Program-made: the position numbers and the translations under genes
Shown: in pieces, positions 13,464 to 27,339 of the stretch
How positions within the stretch are numbered: position 1 is the first letter of the stretch
How the letters are laid out: each line of letters opens with the position of its first letter
From: Kudoa neothunni
Taxonomy: Eukaryota; Animalia; Cnidaria
Direction: 5' to 3'
Assembly (NCBI GenBank): GCA_964304625.1
Contig: OZ199838.1
Span: 3,018,147-3,082,146 of the forward strand
Length of the DNA stretch: 64,000 nt
The notes under the pieces: generated by a model
What the model was told of the DNA's origin: nothing
Database searches by the model: none
The model's input: the letters and a program-made list of their open reading frames with translations, nothing else

Positions 13464-15493
13464 AGCCATATAAATAAAAACCATTATTGTCTTTCTTTTG
13501 TATTGTTTTGATTATATTTTATTTAATTAGGAATCAGACTTTTTTATATTTCTGATTACCAATAAATTTTTATACGTTATCATTTATATTTAGATATTTC
13601 TAATTAGTAAATTTATTCCATATGCTTTTATTAAAAATAAGTTGCGGCTAATTCGGAATTTTTATAATTATGTAATAACAAATTTTCAATTGTTATATTT
13701 TATTTGTTGTATTCAGTGCAATTCTGATATTAATTTTATATTTAATTAGACTAAAAGCTGTTAACAATTCAATTCTAATGAATGAGAAATAATGTTTGCC
13801 AACAATGAGATTGAGTTATTCTAAAAGGCACGCATGCAGTGTGATCTAAATAGCGGTTGTATTCTTATGTTTTATTCTTTATTTAATAAAGTAACTCCAT
13901 GATAGATTAATCTTAAATTAATTAATAAATTGAATATGAAGTTGAATTTGAACAATATTTAGACTTAACAAATGATCCGATCCTGTAAAAAAAGGTTTCT
14001 CATTTTCTTAATGATGAGGTTCGTTTTAATAATTTATTTTTGCTTTATGATATAACTTTTACTGTTTGATTTTTTCCCTAATCTATATCTATATTATATT
14101 ATGTACACGAAATTATAAGAATATAAAATGAAAAAATTTGTTAAAATATCGTGTTATTAAAAATTATAAATACAAAATTTTTTGATAATAAACTTGAGAA
14201 CAAAAAAATGTTAATTAAAGTTCCAATAATACGCTTAAAACTAAACATAACTTAATATTATATTACATATTAAGAGATTATTTTTATTTTGCATTTAATA
14301 GTCCCATTAATTGCGTTATTTTATATTAATTACCGTTTGATTATAATACGTACAAAAAGAAAATTCTATAAAGGTTTGTTAATTTGATTGATAAAAAAAT
14401 ATATTTATTTATAACCAAACAAATTGGACATATTAAAGAGATAATTATAATTAAAATCATATGATGAACAAAAAACCCCTATAAAATATAATCCAGACAT
14501 TGTGGAAAATCGCAAGTTAATCGATACAACAAAAATTTTTATGTTTTACCTATACATTTCTTGTACATTATTTCATTTAGGGTGGTCTGTGATGAAAATA
14601 AAAAACTTTATAAAAGAAGATAAATGTAAGTTATTGTTTAAGAAATAAATATTGGCACCGCGTAACATTTCGTTTAGTTTAATATTGATTAATCTTCATT
14701 TCGATTTCTAAAAGAAAAAATGACCAGGAGTAGAATGACAATGGCTGAAAAAAATGAAATTATCGAATACAACGGCTTAAAACAGCTAATTCGTAACTTT
14801 TATTTATCGCATATTCTGAAACAAAAACTGGGGTTATTTTTACCCCAAAGTCGGTTAGAGTGTTAATTTCAAATAAAAGAAGCATAAGTAAGCATTACAT
14901 ATTAGTTAATAGGTTTATTTAATTAAAATAAAACTAGAAGAAAAGGAATCGTAATTCTCAAAAAGAAACAAAGCTTGTAATAAAACATCATTTTCATAGG
15001 GCTCATATATTATACAATGTAAAGTAACAATATGATTGTAACTGTTTTATTTAGTTAAAAAAATCAAAATACTTATCAATAATTTCACATATTAAAGAAT
15101 TAGAACAATAATTATATTAATTAATAGAAAAATTGGTGGAATCCATTTTCAAATGCATTAACATTGCGGCAACTAACGCTCCTTAACACGAAAAATGCGT
15201 ATACATCAATGAGATTAAACAATCATGAAACTAAACTAACCATTACATTAACAGGTAAATTTTATGGTAAAATAATAATTTCTATTTTCAGAAAGTACAA
15301 TAACTTCCAATGATCTTATCAAAGAGATCCAAAATTATAGGAAGAATTGCATTAGGAACAAAAAACTCGGAAAATAAATAAGACACAAAAACAAATCAAA
15401 AAGGCAAATTTGTAAAAAAACGTTCAGATTATACGAATGAAAAAATACATTAAAGAATAGACATAGCAAGGAAAGGCGATCATACCAAACAAC

Positions 15494-16060
15494 TCAAACC
15501 TGGGATCGCTTAACAGTAGATTGGCCAACGGCATTCTGACTGTTGAGGGTAAGCTTGACAGTTCCAGTTGATGAAAGTACCAATGATGACGGTGGATTAT
15601 TAGAAGATACGTTTGGAGTGTTTTTTGATAGAACACGAGATTTTTTATTTTTCTTTTTAGGGGCTGTGGTAGAACGTTCGTGCTTCCCTCCAACCAAATT
15701 TTCATTATCGATCGGTGAGGCATCATCCGCGCAACTAATAGGTAACGTCGTCTCAAATATGTGTGGATCGCGTACGTGAGGTGGTTTGTAGATGGTTTCG
15801 GACCCGTTAGGTCGTCTCTTGCTGTGGCGACGAGGAACGTTCTTTGGCCCGACATTAACAACTATGTCATCTCCATCAGTAGTGTTTTGATTGGATGATT
15901 TTCGCGATGGTATATCACTTGTTAGATCCAATTCTCTAGTTATATCAGTCAAGCCGGAATCGACCACGGGAGAAGGGGTGCGGATTTTATCAGTTTGAGT
16001 ACACGCATCGGCAAATTTGTTGGATACCACGCTAAACCGACAAAGACGTGAATCATACAT
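15494..16060 (-). CDS. Unknown, probably intrinsically disordered 188-aa protein
   Basis: ATG-started ORF in a GC-elevated island. S/T/N/K-rich, with DACTQTD, YKPPHVR and the NLS-like PKKKNKK. Upstream exons cannot be excluded. Confidence 0.6.
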   Translation of the reverse strand: MYDSRLCRFSVVSNKFADACTQTDKIRTPSPVVDSGLTDITRELDLTSDIPSRKSSNQNTTDGDDIVVNVGPKNVPRRHSKRRPNGSETIYKPPHVRDPHIFETTLPISCADDASPIDNENLVGGKHERSTTAPKKKNKKSRVLSKNTPNVSSNNPPSSLVLSSTGTVKLTLNSQNAVGQSTVKRSQV

Positions 16061-17593
16061 GAATATAACTCATCAAATTTAAAAAGTTAAGCAGCCAGAT
16101 AATATTTGAACTACCATTGTTCCATCAATAATTTAATGGAATGTTAGCGCAAAAAACTTCACCCAGCGCGACCATAAATTTAAACAATGCTAACACATAA
16201 TTTGTATAAATCGAATGTTAAACTATATAAAAATATATATTAGAGTCTTATATTAGCTTTAATTTTTTGACTTAAATAAAAGTTTAAAAACCGTAAGTAA
16301 CAAAGAAATGCATTAATTCTCACACTGATGAGGTATTCTACGCATTTACATGCATGATGCAAGGGGAACTGATGTAAACGTATCGTTGGATATGAAAAAT
16401 CATAAATAGTTTATTAAAGTTAATCGTTTGAAAGTGTATAAATGACAAAAATTCTTTATTATAGATAACCATCGACTGATCATTATAAATTATATCCTTC
16501 GTAAATGCTTAAGCAATTTATACTTTTTCTGTGTTTAAGAAAGTGGATAGAGCAGAAATAATTAAATAATATTTAAATTTCATGTTAAGAGATAAAAATG
16601 GCGACCATAGACGCGTTTAAGTTATTGAATACAAAATTAATTCACTTTAGGATTATTAACAATGATTCCCTAGAATAAAAAGAGTTTAAATGTCCGAATT
16701 CGTTTAATTTTTTATAGATAATATTCAAGACTACACAAACCCCTAAATAATAAACATTGAGATAACTTCAGCTTTAAAAAAATTAGTTCCCGGGAATAAA
16801 CAATCAACATAAAACCATAAAATAAATTATCGTAAAATTCTTAATTGGTTTTGAATTGGAACAAATTTAATATCTAAAAATTAATTAAACATTATTTCTA
16901 ATAGATTCGTCATCATATACGCTGGTTTATAATTTTCGACAAACCATCTTTTAAAAATTATTAACCGAAAAATAGAAACATCGTATATAACTCGATGTAC
17001 CTTTTCAATTTTTAAATAACTTGTCGGAAATATATGTTAGAAACGGTTAAATGCTATTATAAAGAAGTGATAAATAGCAAATAATTACAACGAATTCAAA
17101 TCAATATAAAATTCCACTAAATTTTAGATAATTTAAAAAATACAAATTGAGATATATTATCATTATTCTAATAAATTGTAAAAATTGCTCGAAATAAAAT
17201 AATTTTAAACATCACATGGAGAAAATCAATTAATTGATATTAAATCATATTCGAAACCAATACTAACTAAATCCGTTGATGTGATATCATCAAAAAAAAG
17301 TAGCTTAAACTTTTATTTATCTAACATTCAATAATAATAAACACACTCTTCATTAATTAATATATTTATCAAAACGAACCAATAAATTGTATCAGAGCTC
17401 AGCCGTCAAAAAGCTTCACCCCCCAAAATTGAGATTTAGTAACTGTATTCATTATAAAATAGAAACTAATTAATCATAAATTATTCCAAATCCATACTTT
17501 TATCAAAGGGCATTCAAAAAAATTACAAAACGACTAAAATTGCCATACTTTGTATGTTGTAGCATCATTATCGTAAAAATAATTCGATCTAAA

Positions 17594-18535
17594 TCTATCT
17601 ACTATATATATATATATATATATATATAAAGCAGAAGTTTCCGTGTGTGTGCACAAATCTTCTCCTTATACAGAGACTTTTTTACTTGATGAGTTTTTAG
17701 TATACTTTAAAAATACAAAATTAACTAAAAAAATAATAATGAGCTTTTCGAATGCTTCAAAAGTGGTGAATTGGCAGTGGAAACTTTTTGTACGTAGTTT
17801 AGCGCGGTCAATAATAAGATTACCGTTGCACGCTATACACAAAGTATACTGCAATGAGTGTAGTTAAATTGGACTTTAAACTACTACATTCAACGGTGAC
17901 GTTTTAATTTTACATCTGTTACACTTAGAACATAGTTAAAACGTTCTATAACGTTTTTCTTACATAGGACGAGTAAACAATCACGTGTTATTCAAACGGG
18001 AGATTAACTCGATATAAAGTGTTCATCACTTTTATATGAATTTAAAATGAAGTTAATACGTGCAACACTGTTAACAAACTTTTACATTAGTTGATTAATG
18101 CGATTAATATACCATACGAGTTGAAAGTAATTTTGATTACTAATTAAGATGAAGTCCACTCCAGGGGAAGTAAACGAGAACGGGTTGTTACAATTTAGTT
18201 TGATTAACACTGAATCCAAAAGAACGACACTATGATTACTTTTCATTTAATACTTTAAATGACGGGACAGTTGAAAGATAAAGATATTATTTATGTTTTT
18301 AAGTTACTCATATGTGAATAATTCAGCGCTGAGGAAAAAGGCGGGTATTTCGATACGACTGAAATTTTTATTTTCTTTAAAGTGACAATCGAAAAGACGA
18401 TATTATAAAAAATAATAAGTTTATTCTGTCGAGTAAAGGGTTATATAAAAGGATTAAAATATTTTTTCAATATATACTTTTTTAATTTAATAAGTCATAA
18501 GTCAGTTCCGAGGCAAAGCCAGGGTTTCACGCTAG
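17594..18535 (+). mobile_element. Non-autonomous Helitron-like element
   Basis: 5' end A|TCTATCTAC(TA)nAAGCAGAAG...GTGTGTGTG. 3' end has a GC-rich hairpin-like stretch CCGAGGCAAAGCCAGGG, then CTAG at 18532-18535. The next base is G rather than the canonical T. Confidence 0.7.
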
Positions 18536-19761
18536 GAATTCCATAAATATGTAAGAGCACATAACTTTTCGTTATCTTAGGACGCGTTAGTCGCAAATCG
18601 TTATCCAAATTAAACTGTTGTCATTTGGCGACATTGGGGTTGAATTCACAAATTTAATGTAGGTAGCAATTCAACCAAATTGGAATTACAAGAATTAATA
18701 AAAATTTGGCGACTAAACGGCAACTTTAGGAAAAAATAATATAAAAGCCAGATCTAATTTTGACTATACATAATAATTATTTATCTCTGTAAGTTTTATA
18801 ATAGACCACGATAATAAAATATAGCAGGATTGAAAAAACTAACTTCGTATATCGACCACAAATGGAAGATATTGTAACTAAAAATGAATGTGTACAAGCG
18901 GCGTACTGATCATTAGAATTAAAATGTAAGAAAAGTCACATTTAAACAGACTTTTTATTTTATTCGCGAAAATAAGACTCACCTTTCTATCGCTTTCTTG
19001 TCTTAACACCTTGAATAATGTCAATGTTGGCATAGATATCACACTAATTGATTGACGTAATCAAAAAATAACTCGGCAACGATTCAAGTGACAATAAACC
19101 AGAAAAATTCCTTATGGTACATTAATTGTTGTAATAAAATAAAGTAATTTTTTAAAACTAAATTTCTCGCAAAATAAAAATTTTATTCTCAGATATTAGT
19201 AATTAATAATTACACAACCTCACATAAACTTATCAAAAAAACGATACCCGTTAACATAATTTAGAGAAATATCAATGTAATAAAGTCTAAAATCCTTACT
19301 TTCGTCGAACGAAAACGATTATTATTGGACATAAAGCAAGCCTCGGATTTTGACATACGCAATGAAATAATTTACATAAAAATTGGGCCGACTTAAGAGA
19401 AAAACTAAAAATTAAATTTAGCCAATTTTCAAGACACAATTATTTTGTAATCAAGTGAATTCTCCTGGAGTTAAACTTAGTTTATGTTAAAGACAGGTTT
19501 TTTTAATTATTAAGCTCAATCGAATCATACTAGTTAGTTAAATTGTCAATATAATGCGGCAACTAAGCTTCACAGGATTCATACAAGCAAGCTCATATGA
19601 ACAAAATATTCCGCCAAATTCTCATTCATAAATGGAGCAACAAGTTGATTGACCAATCGAAACCTGGTTATATTAATCAGATTTGTTAAAAAAATCCAGT
19701 AATAAAATATGATTCGGCTGTATAATAGCTACGTGTACAATAAGGTGTAACAAAACAATAA

Positions 19762-21249
19762 TTACCGTCCATCATTCGTCACGTGACTATTATTATTGTT
19801 GCTGCCGTTCATGTACTGTATAAACGAGCCGAAACTTTGCGTGAATAACATATACAAATATTTTTTTATTTCTTCGTCCTTACATCCATAAAAAATTAGA
19901 TCCATGTAGAGCAGGAGTAAAATGATTAAATTACAGAAAACACTTTGTGGTTATCATTGGAAGAGATAATTATTTTGTTTTGAGTGGCTATAGTTTCAAG
20001 CATCCTAATGAGAATCAACAACTGCAACTCACTACTATCCATCCATACGCTCTCTCATAACTTTTATAGTGGTTGTACATATGAATGTAGATATCTTGAA
20101 CGGTTGTTGGGAACGGAAATACAGTTGGATGATGATCGGGATTGTTGTCATTAGTGGAATCATTCTCAGAATTGTTATCTATAAATGAGGAAGGAGAAGT
20201 TGGTGTCACACTTGTAACGGGTTCGTCATCTTGACTGGCAGTGATCTTTTCTGGAACGATGGCTGCCGTATTATTGTGATTCTGTGGTTGGTCCTGAGGA
20301 GTAGTCGACATAGTTTCCATCACTTTATCAATAGAAGCCATGCTGTTTCCATCCATCGTTGGAAAATCAGATTCATCAAATTGGCAATTTTTATGTGTAA
20401 CGTTGTCACCAACAACAGTCAATGGTGATGTAGTTGTTGTTGTTGTTGTTGTTGGCGGTTGGTCATTCTGTCGCATTGATTACACTTGAACAAATAAATA
20501 AATATTCATACCTGTTTGGATGGATTGTTTGTGCTGCTAATAACACCACCAAACATACCTGTCGGTCGAGTGAAATTAAATCGATTGTATACAACAGGTG
20601 TGGTGAATTTTTTTGGATGAGAAGATCCAGTGGATTGTTTGTTCCCGCTGCCACCAACTCCACGACTATTTGTGTGGTTTTTTTGATGATGGAAATTCGA
20701 TCTAGAATTGTTATAGCCAGTTTCGTTGTGGTGGGTTGTTGAAGAAATTGATTCCTCGGCTCCATCTACCGACATATTAACAGGATAGCATGCTACAGGT
20801 GGCTGTGATTTGTGTCTGTTATTAAGGTGATTTGAAGCTCTGGCACCGGTTCCAACCATGTTGGAAAAATATCTTTTTGGATTGGTACCAAACGACGGTT
20901 GCATTCCAAAATTAGAACCAACGGACGCTAAAAATTAGCATTATTTCCCATAACAGCGAAGCAATTGAAAAAATATTTGTTACCAGGTCTAACTCTATTT
21001 GTTCTATTGTTGGAATATTTTCTGTCGGTGTACAGTTGCTGGCTTTCACCTGTTGTGGAATAATTGTCATATCTACGGGACATCACTGTCGAGTGCATGC
21101 GTAACGCCGGAATCAAAGACGATTTAGGTGGTGGTGTTTGCGTGGGTTCATTTTTGAGGGTAATTACACGGAGAATAAATGCAAAAAAATACTCCTAATT
21201 CATAAGAATACACAAAATTCTCGATAAACAAATACAATACGTGGTTCAT
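19762..21249 (-). CDS. Unknown multi-exon N/S/T/Q-rich low-complexity protein
   Basis: ORFs 20928-21116, 20506-20904 and 20015-20476 are consecutive exon-like blocks in a GC-elevated island separated by short gaps. The putative first exon is ATGAACCAC (21249-21241) and the last exon ends ...NSHVTNDGR*. The internal 3' exon structure is not fully resolved. Confidence 0.6.
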
Positions 21250-22058
21250 GATATCTTCTTCGATCGTTAACCATCGGTAAATCGTCGTTGGTTAAAATTT
21301 AAAAATGTATCGCCAAAGTAGGGCGTTCGCTGTGCGCCTTAAATACGGTTGGTGGGGTTACTACAAACAACGCCTGTACGAATCTCCATTCTCCACTATA
21401 CATGGCACCATGCTTGCTATCTGTAAATTGACTGTTCTCCTCGATCCATTGATATACCAATGTTGTTTTGTACATAGTGGGTCCTGCAAATATTTATCTC
21501 CATATGACCAGAGATGATATCTACAATGAATTTCGATATGATAAAAATGGTGGGTTGTAGTTATTCTGCTTCTTTTAATCTAAATGTATTATTTAGCACG
21601 TGAATACATGAAACACACGTCCTATCAAATAAGGAAAGCAATTCCGGAAGAGAAAATGGTTTATGAACTTATCTAGAAATTCTGTTTTATTTTTTTTATT
21701 ATTTGTTTTTTATACCTCCGCATCAATCGCGGTGATATATTTTATGATTACTCAAAGCATAGAATTTGACGCGCCAATATCGTGATTAATTTATAATCTT
21801 AACACAGCGTGACCTCGACTTTGTGTATAATCCGTTCTTGAAATGAGTTTGAACTCCCTTCTATTTTTTTCGTTGCCAAATAATGGAAATTAGTTTAGTT
21901 CGTGATCGCGCCTCAAATATATGAATTTTTTATTGTTATTTATGAAAAAATATGCATTCGTTGTGTTTACAAAATTATAAAACATAAGTAAATATCAAAT
22001 ATAATATTACAAATAAAAATTATAATTAAAATTAAATTAAAAAAAATATAGGATAAAT

Positions 22059-23790
22059 CAGTGCTTCCCAACCTTTTTTAGCTGTGACCTATATTTTTTC
22101 AAACAAATATCCGGTGACCTGCGTAAATATTGTAAGTGTTTTCTAGAATTAAAAGTTATTCTTTAAATTATATTTTTATCCAGTAATATATGTGATAATT
22201 TCAATTGTATACTTTATCATAATTATTTTTAAACCGTTAATCTAAAAATATTATTTAGCAATAATTTTACTGGATTTTTGAAGTAATAATATTCCATTTG
22301 AACCCAATATTATTAAACATTATTAAACCATCAAGCTACTCCCATATTCACTTATCACTTGGTTTTTAATGATTTTCGTGATATTCTCGCATTTTAATTA
22401 ATTAATTATTTGAATATTTTAAATATAATTTTTCTATTTGTAATATTTATTATTAGCTATTTTTACAAAATTAATTGTTGGGCTCAATTATATCATAAAT
22501 GAAAATTTTAAAATTATTTGGATTTGTTAACTTTCTGCCTCCATATTCAATGCAATGAACACAAAATGCTTGTATTTATAATTTCTTTCTATCCATATTA
22601 AATATTTAGTCGTATATTTGGAATGTTTTCTTTTAAATTCAATTAAATGTAATTATAATTTTCAACGTCTTTCGTATAACGCGATTTCAGAATAATCGGG
22701 AGTTCACCCTTTTTCATGCAATTGCGCATGCTTCATTCACAATATATTGGTTCTTGATGTAAAATACGTTTTTGTTCTACATATGGTACACAATAAATAT
22801 TATAATTTTATTTAAAAACCAATTATTTAGTTTTTAATTTTTTTCTAATTAATTTGGTAGTTAAAGCGAAAATATAAGTTCATTATTTCCCATCAATTGT
22901 CTTGAAGATTTAATTATCTTTATTGAATCCTTTATTTAAAGTCGTTGGCGAGTCTAAAATACGTGAAAAAATATATGTACAATTACATTTTTTTTAAATA
23001 ATTGGTTAAAATTTTTTTCGTAAATTAAAATTGATACATATTCGAATACTTTATTATTTTTTAAGGTTGAGCACCCTATATTATTAAAGTTGAATATTTT
23101 TTAAACTAAGTCTAATTCTATAATAATCTTCTGTTATATATAAAATAGTTACAAACTTATCACTTCGAGTAATAAAAATCTTTAATTTCATCTAAACTTA
23201 CGTTATGAACCAACAAAATTCTTTCTATAGAAGAATTTCAGATGGATAAGGCTTTTACTTTTTAGATTGGGGTTTTTAATTCCGCGAGAAAACTAAAGTG
23301 TTGTAAATGGCTTCAGTTTAATAACTAATTTTAATGTTAAGTATACTCTCTTGAAATCTTCGCATCATGTAAATATATTTTGAATGGTTTCATTTAAGTA
23401 TCAAATAATTAAAAATTGAAAACGCACCACTTTTTGTCATGAAATTAAATAGGTGAATAGTTACGTGTATAAAATTCAATGAATAGACAAATTAACTCGC
23501 ATATGTGTTTGATTTGTATTTGAATGAATTTTCGTTTGTACCAAAAACAAACGAACGAAAGAATGAGAATTGTCTGCTTAGGAAACGTGTTGATCGTTTC
23601 AGATCGCATGGTGAGTTAAGTCTTTTATCGTTCCCCATCGTGATATATGCTCTGTTACTCATGAAACAACAATATGTAACTTAAGATATATTGATATAAT
23701 ATAAATATTATATTGATTTAAGTCCAAATTAGTCAGAAAATTTTTCAAGACCCACACAAAATCTCATATGACCCCAGGTTGGGAAACACT
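22059..23790. mobile_element. Decayed hAT (Buster/Charlie-like) transposon
   Basis: TIRs CAGTGCTTCCCAACCT (22059) and AGGTTGGGAAACACT (23776-23790). The 8-bp TSD is no longer recognisable and there is no intact internal ORF. Confidence 0.75.
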
Positions 23791-24661
23791 ACACTAGCGT
23801 TATCTTTCTTAAACTTAAATGATCACTTATATTAATTGTCATTAACAGTATACACTACAGTAAAGATAGTTTACATTAAGTTTATACGTGACTAAAGGTG
23901 ATATGACTTGTTTTTAAGATTGACTTGAATCGAAATTACAAAACCTCCGAAAATAAATATAATAATCTACGATTGTTATTTCACCAATGTGGAAACTTTA
24001 AAAATTCTTTAAGCCACTTCAAACTATAGAACATTATTTTAAGATAGTGATTAAGATAAAATTAACTTTGAGTATAGAGACAGCTATGAGGAAATATTAA
24101 CTTCTGTATGTATGATGTAACTTAATCTTTAAATCTGGCCTTGTGCACATATTTATGCGAAAGAATATAAATACAATCATTTACAAGCGACCTAACTAGA
24201 GAGACCTATAGAGTATGATTTATTATGAAAAACAAATTCATTGTGACAAATTTTCCAATATATAATTGGTTTTTGCGCTATGGACTGATCATAAATATTT
24301 GTATAAATGTAAATATATATCTAGAATTTTGCCGTTATATTGTTAATAAATGATATTTTTTAATAAATACAATTTCGTAGATTATTATATATTGGAAATA
24401 AAATATAAGTCAGATATGTTGCCGATATTTCCACTTTTTCAAGGCGAAAAACAGCCAATACTTTAATATTTTTGAAAATATCTCAGGAGAGGGATCGCCA
24501 CTAAGTAAATTATTTACGAAAAGGGTGGACGAAAAAGAAGTTTAGAGACCCCTGACTTTATTAAATGAAAAAATGAACAACGATGAGTATGGTGACAACA
24601 TGCAATATGTGAAAATATTTGAAACAAAGAAAAACATAAGACTAAAAGATAATATTTAAAA

Positions 24662-27295
24662 TTAGTGTGTACGTTTCGAGTTCCCATCAAAATACGCACC
24701 TCGAAAAGATTGATTGAGACGTTTAACATATAGATTGGTTGCGGATGCTGAGGATAATAATGTGGCAATGTTTGAAGGTATAACCTTTTTCATTGTTACC
24801 AACAATCGTCCAGTGTTCGAATGCAAATGTTGTAAACTGGTGGATAAAAGCACAAAGTGGGGATGTGTCGTCGTTTTGTAGGATTGCTCAGGTCTTTAAT
24901 GAAATTTAAAATGGAATCAAAAAGTTTACATCAGCCAAAATTTAAACAATAGAACTTAACATACTCGCCAGTTATTATGACAGGTTGCCAATACACAAGA
25001 TGTCCACCGTCTTTGAGGTAATTCGTAGCAAAATCAAAGAGAATAGTTATAGCATAATCAAGATCTTCACTATTTATATTTCTAAAAAAAATAATTGAAA
25101 CAATTTTTTCAATTCCTTCTTAAAAATAAATAACACTTACACATCGTCAGCACTGAGAGATTTTTCTCTTATTCCATAAGGAGCTATAAATTTGATTCAT
25201 TAATTATCAATAACGCCAATTCAAATTTACGGTCAGTTACTATGGCGTCAAATTTAAATTGTGAGTTCAGCTTTATATTACCGCAGTCTCCAACCACGAA
25301 TCCCAGGCATCTGTCCGTGAGACCATAATGAGAAAAATTCAAAAATATGTTTTCATCAGACCCTAATAGAAATATTAATGAGATTTTCTAGAGAGGAGAA
25401 CAGGGATGACTTTAACTAATTCTTTCAAGTCATAATAAATTTGTTCAACGTTAATAATTCATAAAACTTATAAATTAAATTTTTTAAATCAGTTAAAGTT
25501 TAGTTGACACTCTTATACGAAGTATTATTTCAATAATAAATTTAAGCATTATTTTACAAAACTAACCACATGAATTCTGTTAATTTCATTGCGCAATTCT
25601 TACAAACACAAAAAGGGACTTAGGGTGTACACCCAAACAAGCATGTGCGGTGAAAAATGTTTCCTCGTAGACCAACATTTACTGAACTTTTAATGATTTT
25701 TTAATAATTTAAAAATTCTTTAAATTAACATGTAATAATCATCATAAGCTTAACAAGCATTTAGGAAATGACGATTTTATCGATTTACGCAATTTCAATA
25801 ATAGAATTAGAGTCGACTCATTTCAAAGTTATATTCAATCCGTTTAAGTTAACATCTTCATCTATTGGTATACATAAATTTGATAGGTACGAAAATACGT
25901 TCCTATTTTATTATGGGAGAATCTATTATATTATATTATATTAATTATATTTGATTTGATTTGATATGATTTGATTTGATTTGATTTGATAAATCTGTAA
26001 ATGGTTTTAAATATAACAAAAATTCCACATTCGCATCATTAATGATGAATCGGTAGTGTATATAATAATAAGATAGTATAAATTTTTAAAAATATTAAAA
26101 GAACGATACCACATGCCTTATTTACATATGAGAAAATATTCTCATTATTTTTTAATCCTCTTAAAATAAGGGTTCAATTATCGAAAAAAAATCCCAGATT
26201 TTTTTTAATAAATTTATGTATGGTGAATACGTAAATATTAATTTTCAAATGTGAGATATCAAAAATTAAGTCACTATATTTTAAATGTTATTGATATAAA
26301 ATAAACATTCTTTAGTAATTATTTAAGAATTGTACATAATTCATGTAGGAGATTATTAATTAACTCAAGCTTGAAAGTCATTAAATAAGTGTCCAACCTA
26401 ACAACTGACGATTTTCTCTGAATGAATAAGAATATATCTTTAATATTGTAATTTATAAATGCAAGGCTCCATCAATGTTATCGTTATCGTGGGAAAACCT
26501 CAAAAAAATTCTAAAAATCGTTGAAAATAATACACTGACTATTAAGTTAATTCTAGCACATAGTTAATGAAAACACCTCATTAAAAGATCAAGTAATTCA
26601 TATAATATGACTCAAAATATTTAGACAGTATCCTGGATATCTTTATACGTCAGTCTCAGCCTTCATATTGTTAAATTAGGTATCGATTTTTTATAATATT
26701 AAGTGTCTAAAATTATCATATTACCACAACTGATAGAGTTTGGTTATATTTTATAATTAGAAATAATAAATTAGATCAATCCACAAGTGAGAAAAAAATT
26801 ATATTACACATTCACAAATAAAATTTTCAAAAAGAACAATTAATCCTTGGCGAGTATCTAACATAATGTAATGATAGATGATACATAAAATTCTAAATTT
26901 TAATAAATGGCTATTTGGCGCTAATTTTAAAGTTCGAAAGATGCCAAATTGTTCCCTTGGAAATATAATATTCTTGGATAATTTTAGGAATTAAATTCAA
27001 TTAAACTTAAACTAACTTTTGAATATTTATCTCGTAGTTAATGGTTCAAGACATACCTCTTTGTTTTGTCCCGCACCTTGATGATTTATTTAATCCATGT
27101 AGAAGAGTATATTTTATATCAAAACCAAAAACGAACGCTCCAAAACGAGCTGCAGCAACCAAAATACCGCCTAAACGAGACAGTTGGTAATACAAATAAA
27201 AATTAATAATCACCACCATCTGTAGAATCAGATGACTAGAGCATACCTGTTCCACAAAAAGGATCGCACACCACATCATTTGGTTTTACCTATCA

Positions 27296-27339
<44 letters not shown>

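Noticed and set aside
16324-16345. CTGATGAG hammerhead-like core
   Set aside because: No suitably placed GAAA or stem II.
15424-20765. Overlapping or antisense ORFs at 15424, 15543, 20231, 20434 and 20463
   Set aside because: Alternative frames of GC-richer coding islands that are already explained by longer ORFs.
25565-25660. Cys-rich peptide (CVCKNC) inside a TRMT11 intron
   Set aside because: Too short and interrupted to assign; possibly TE debris.
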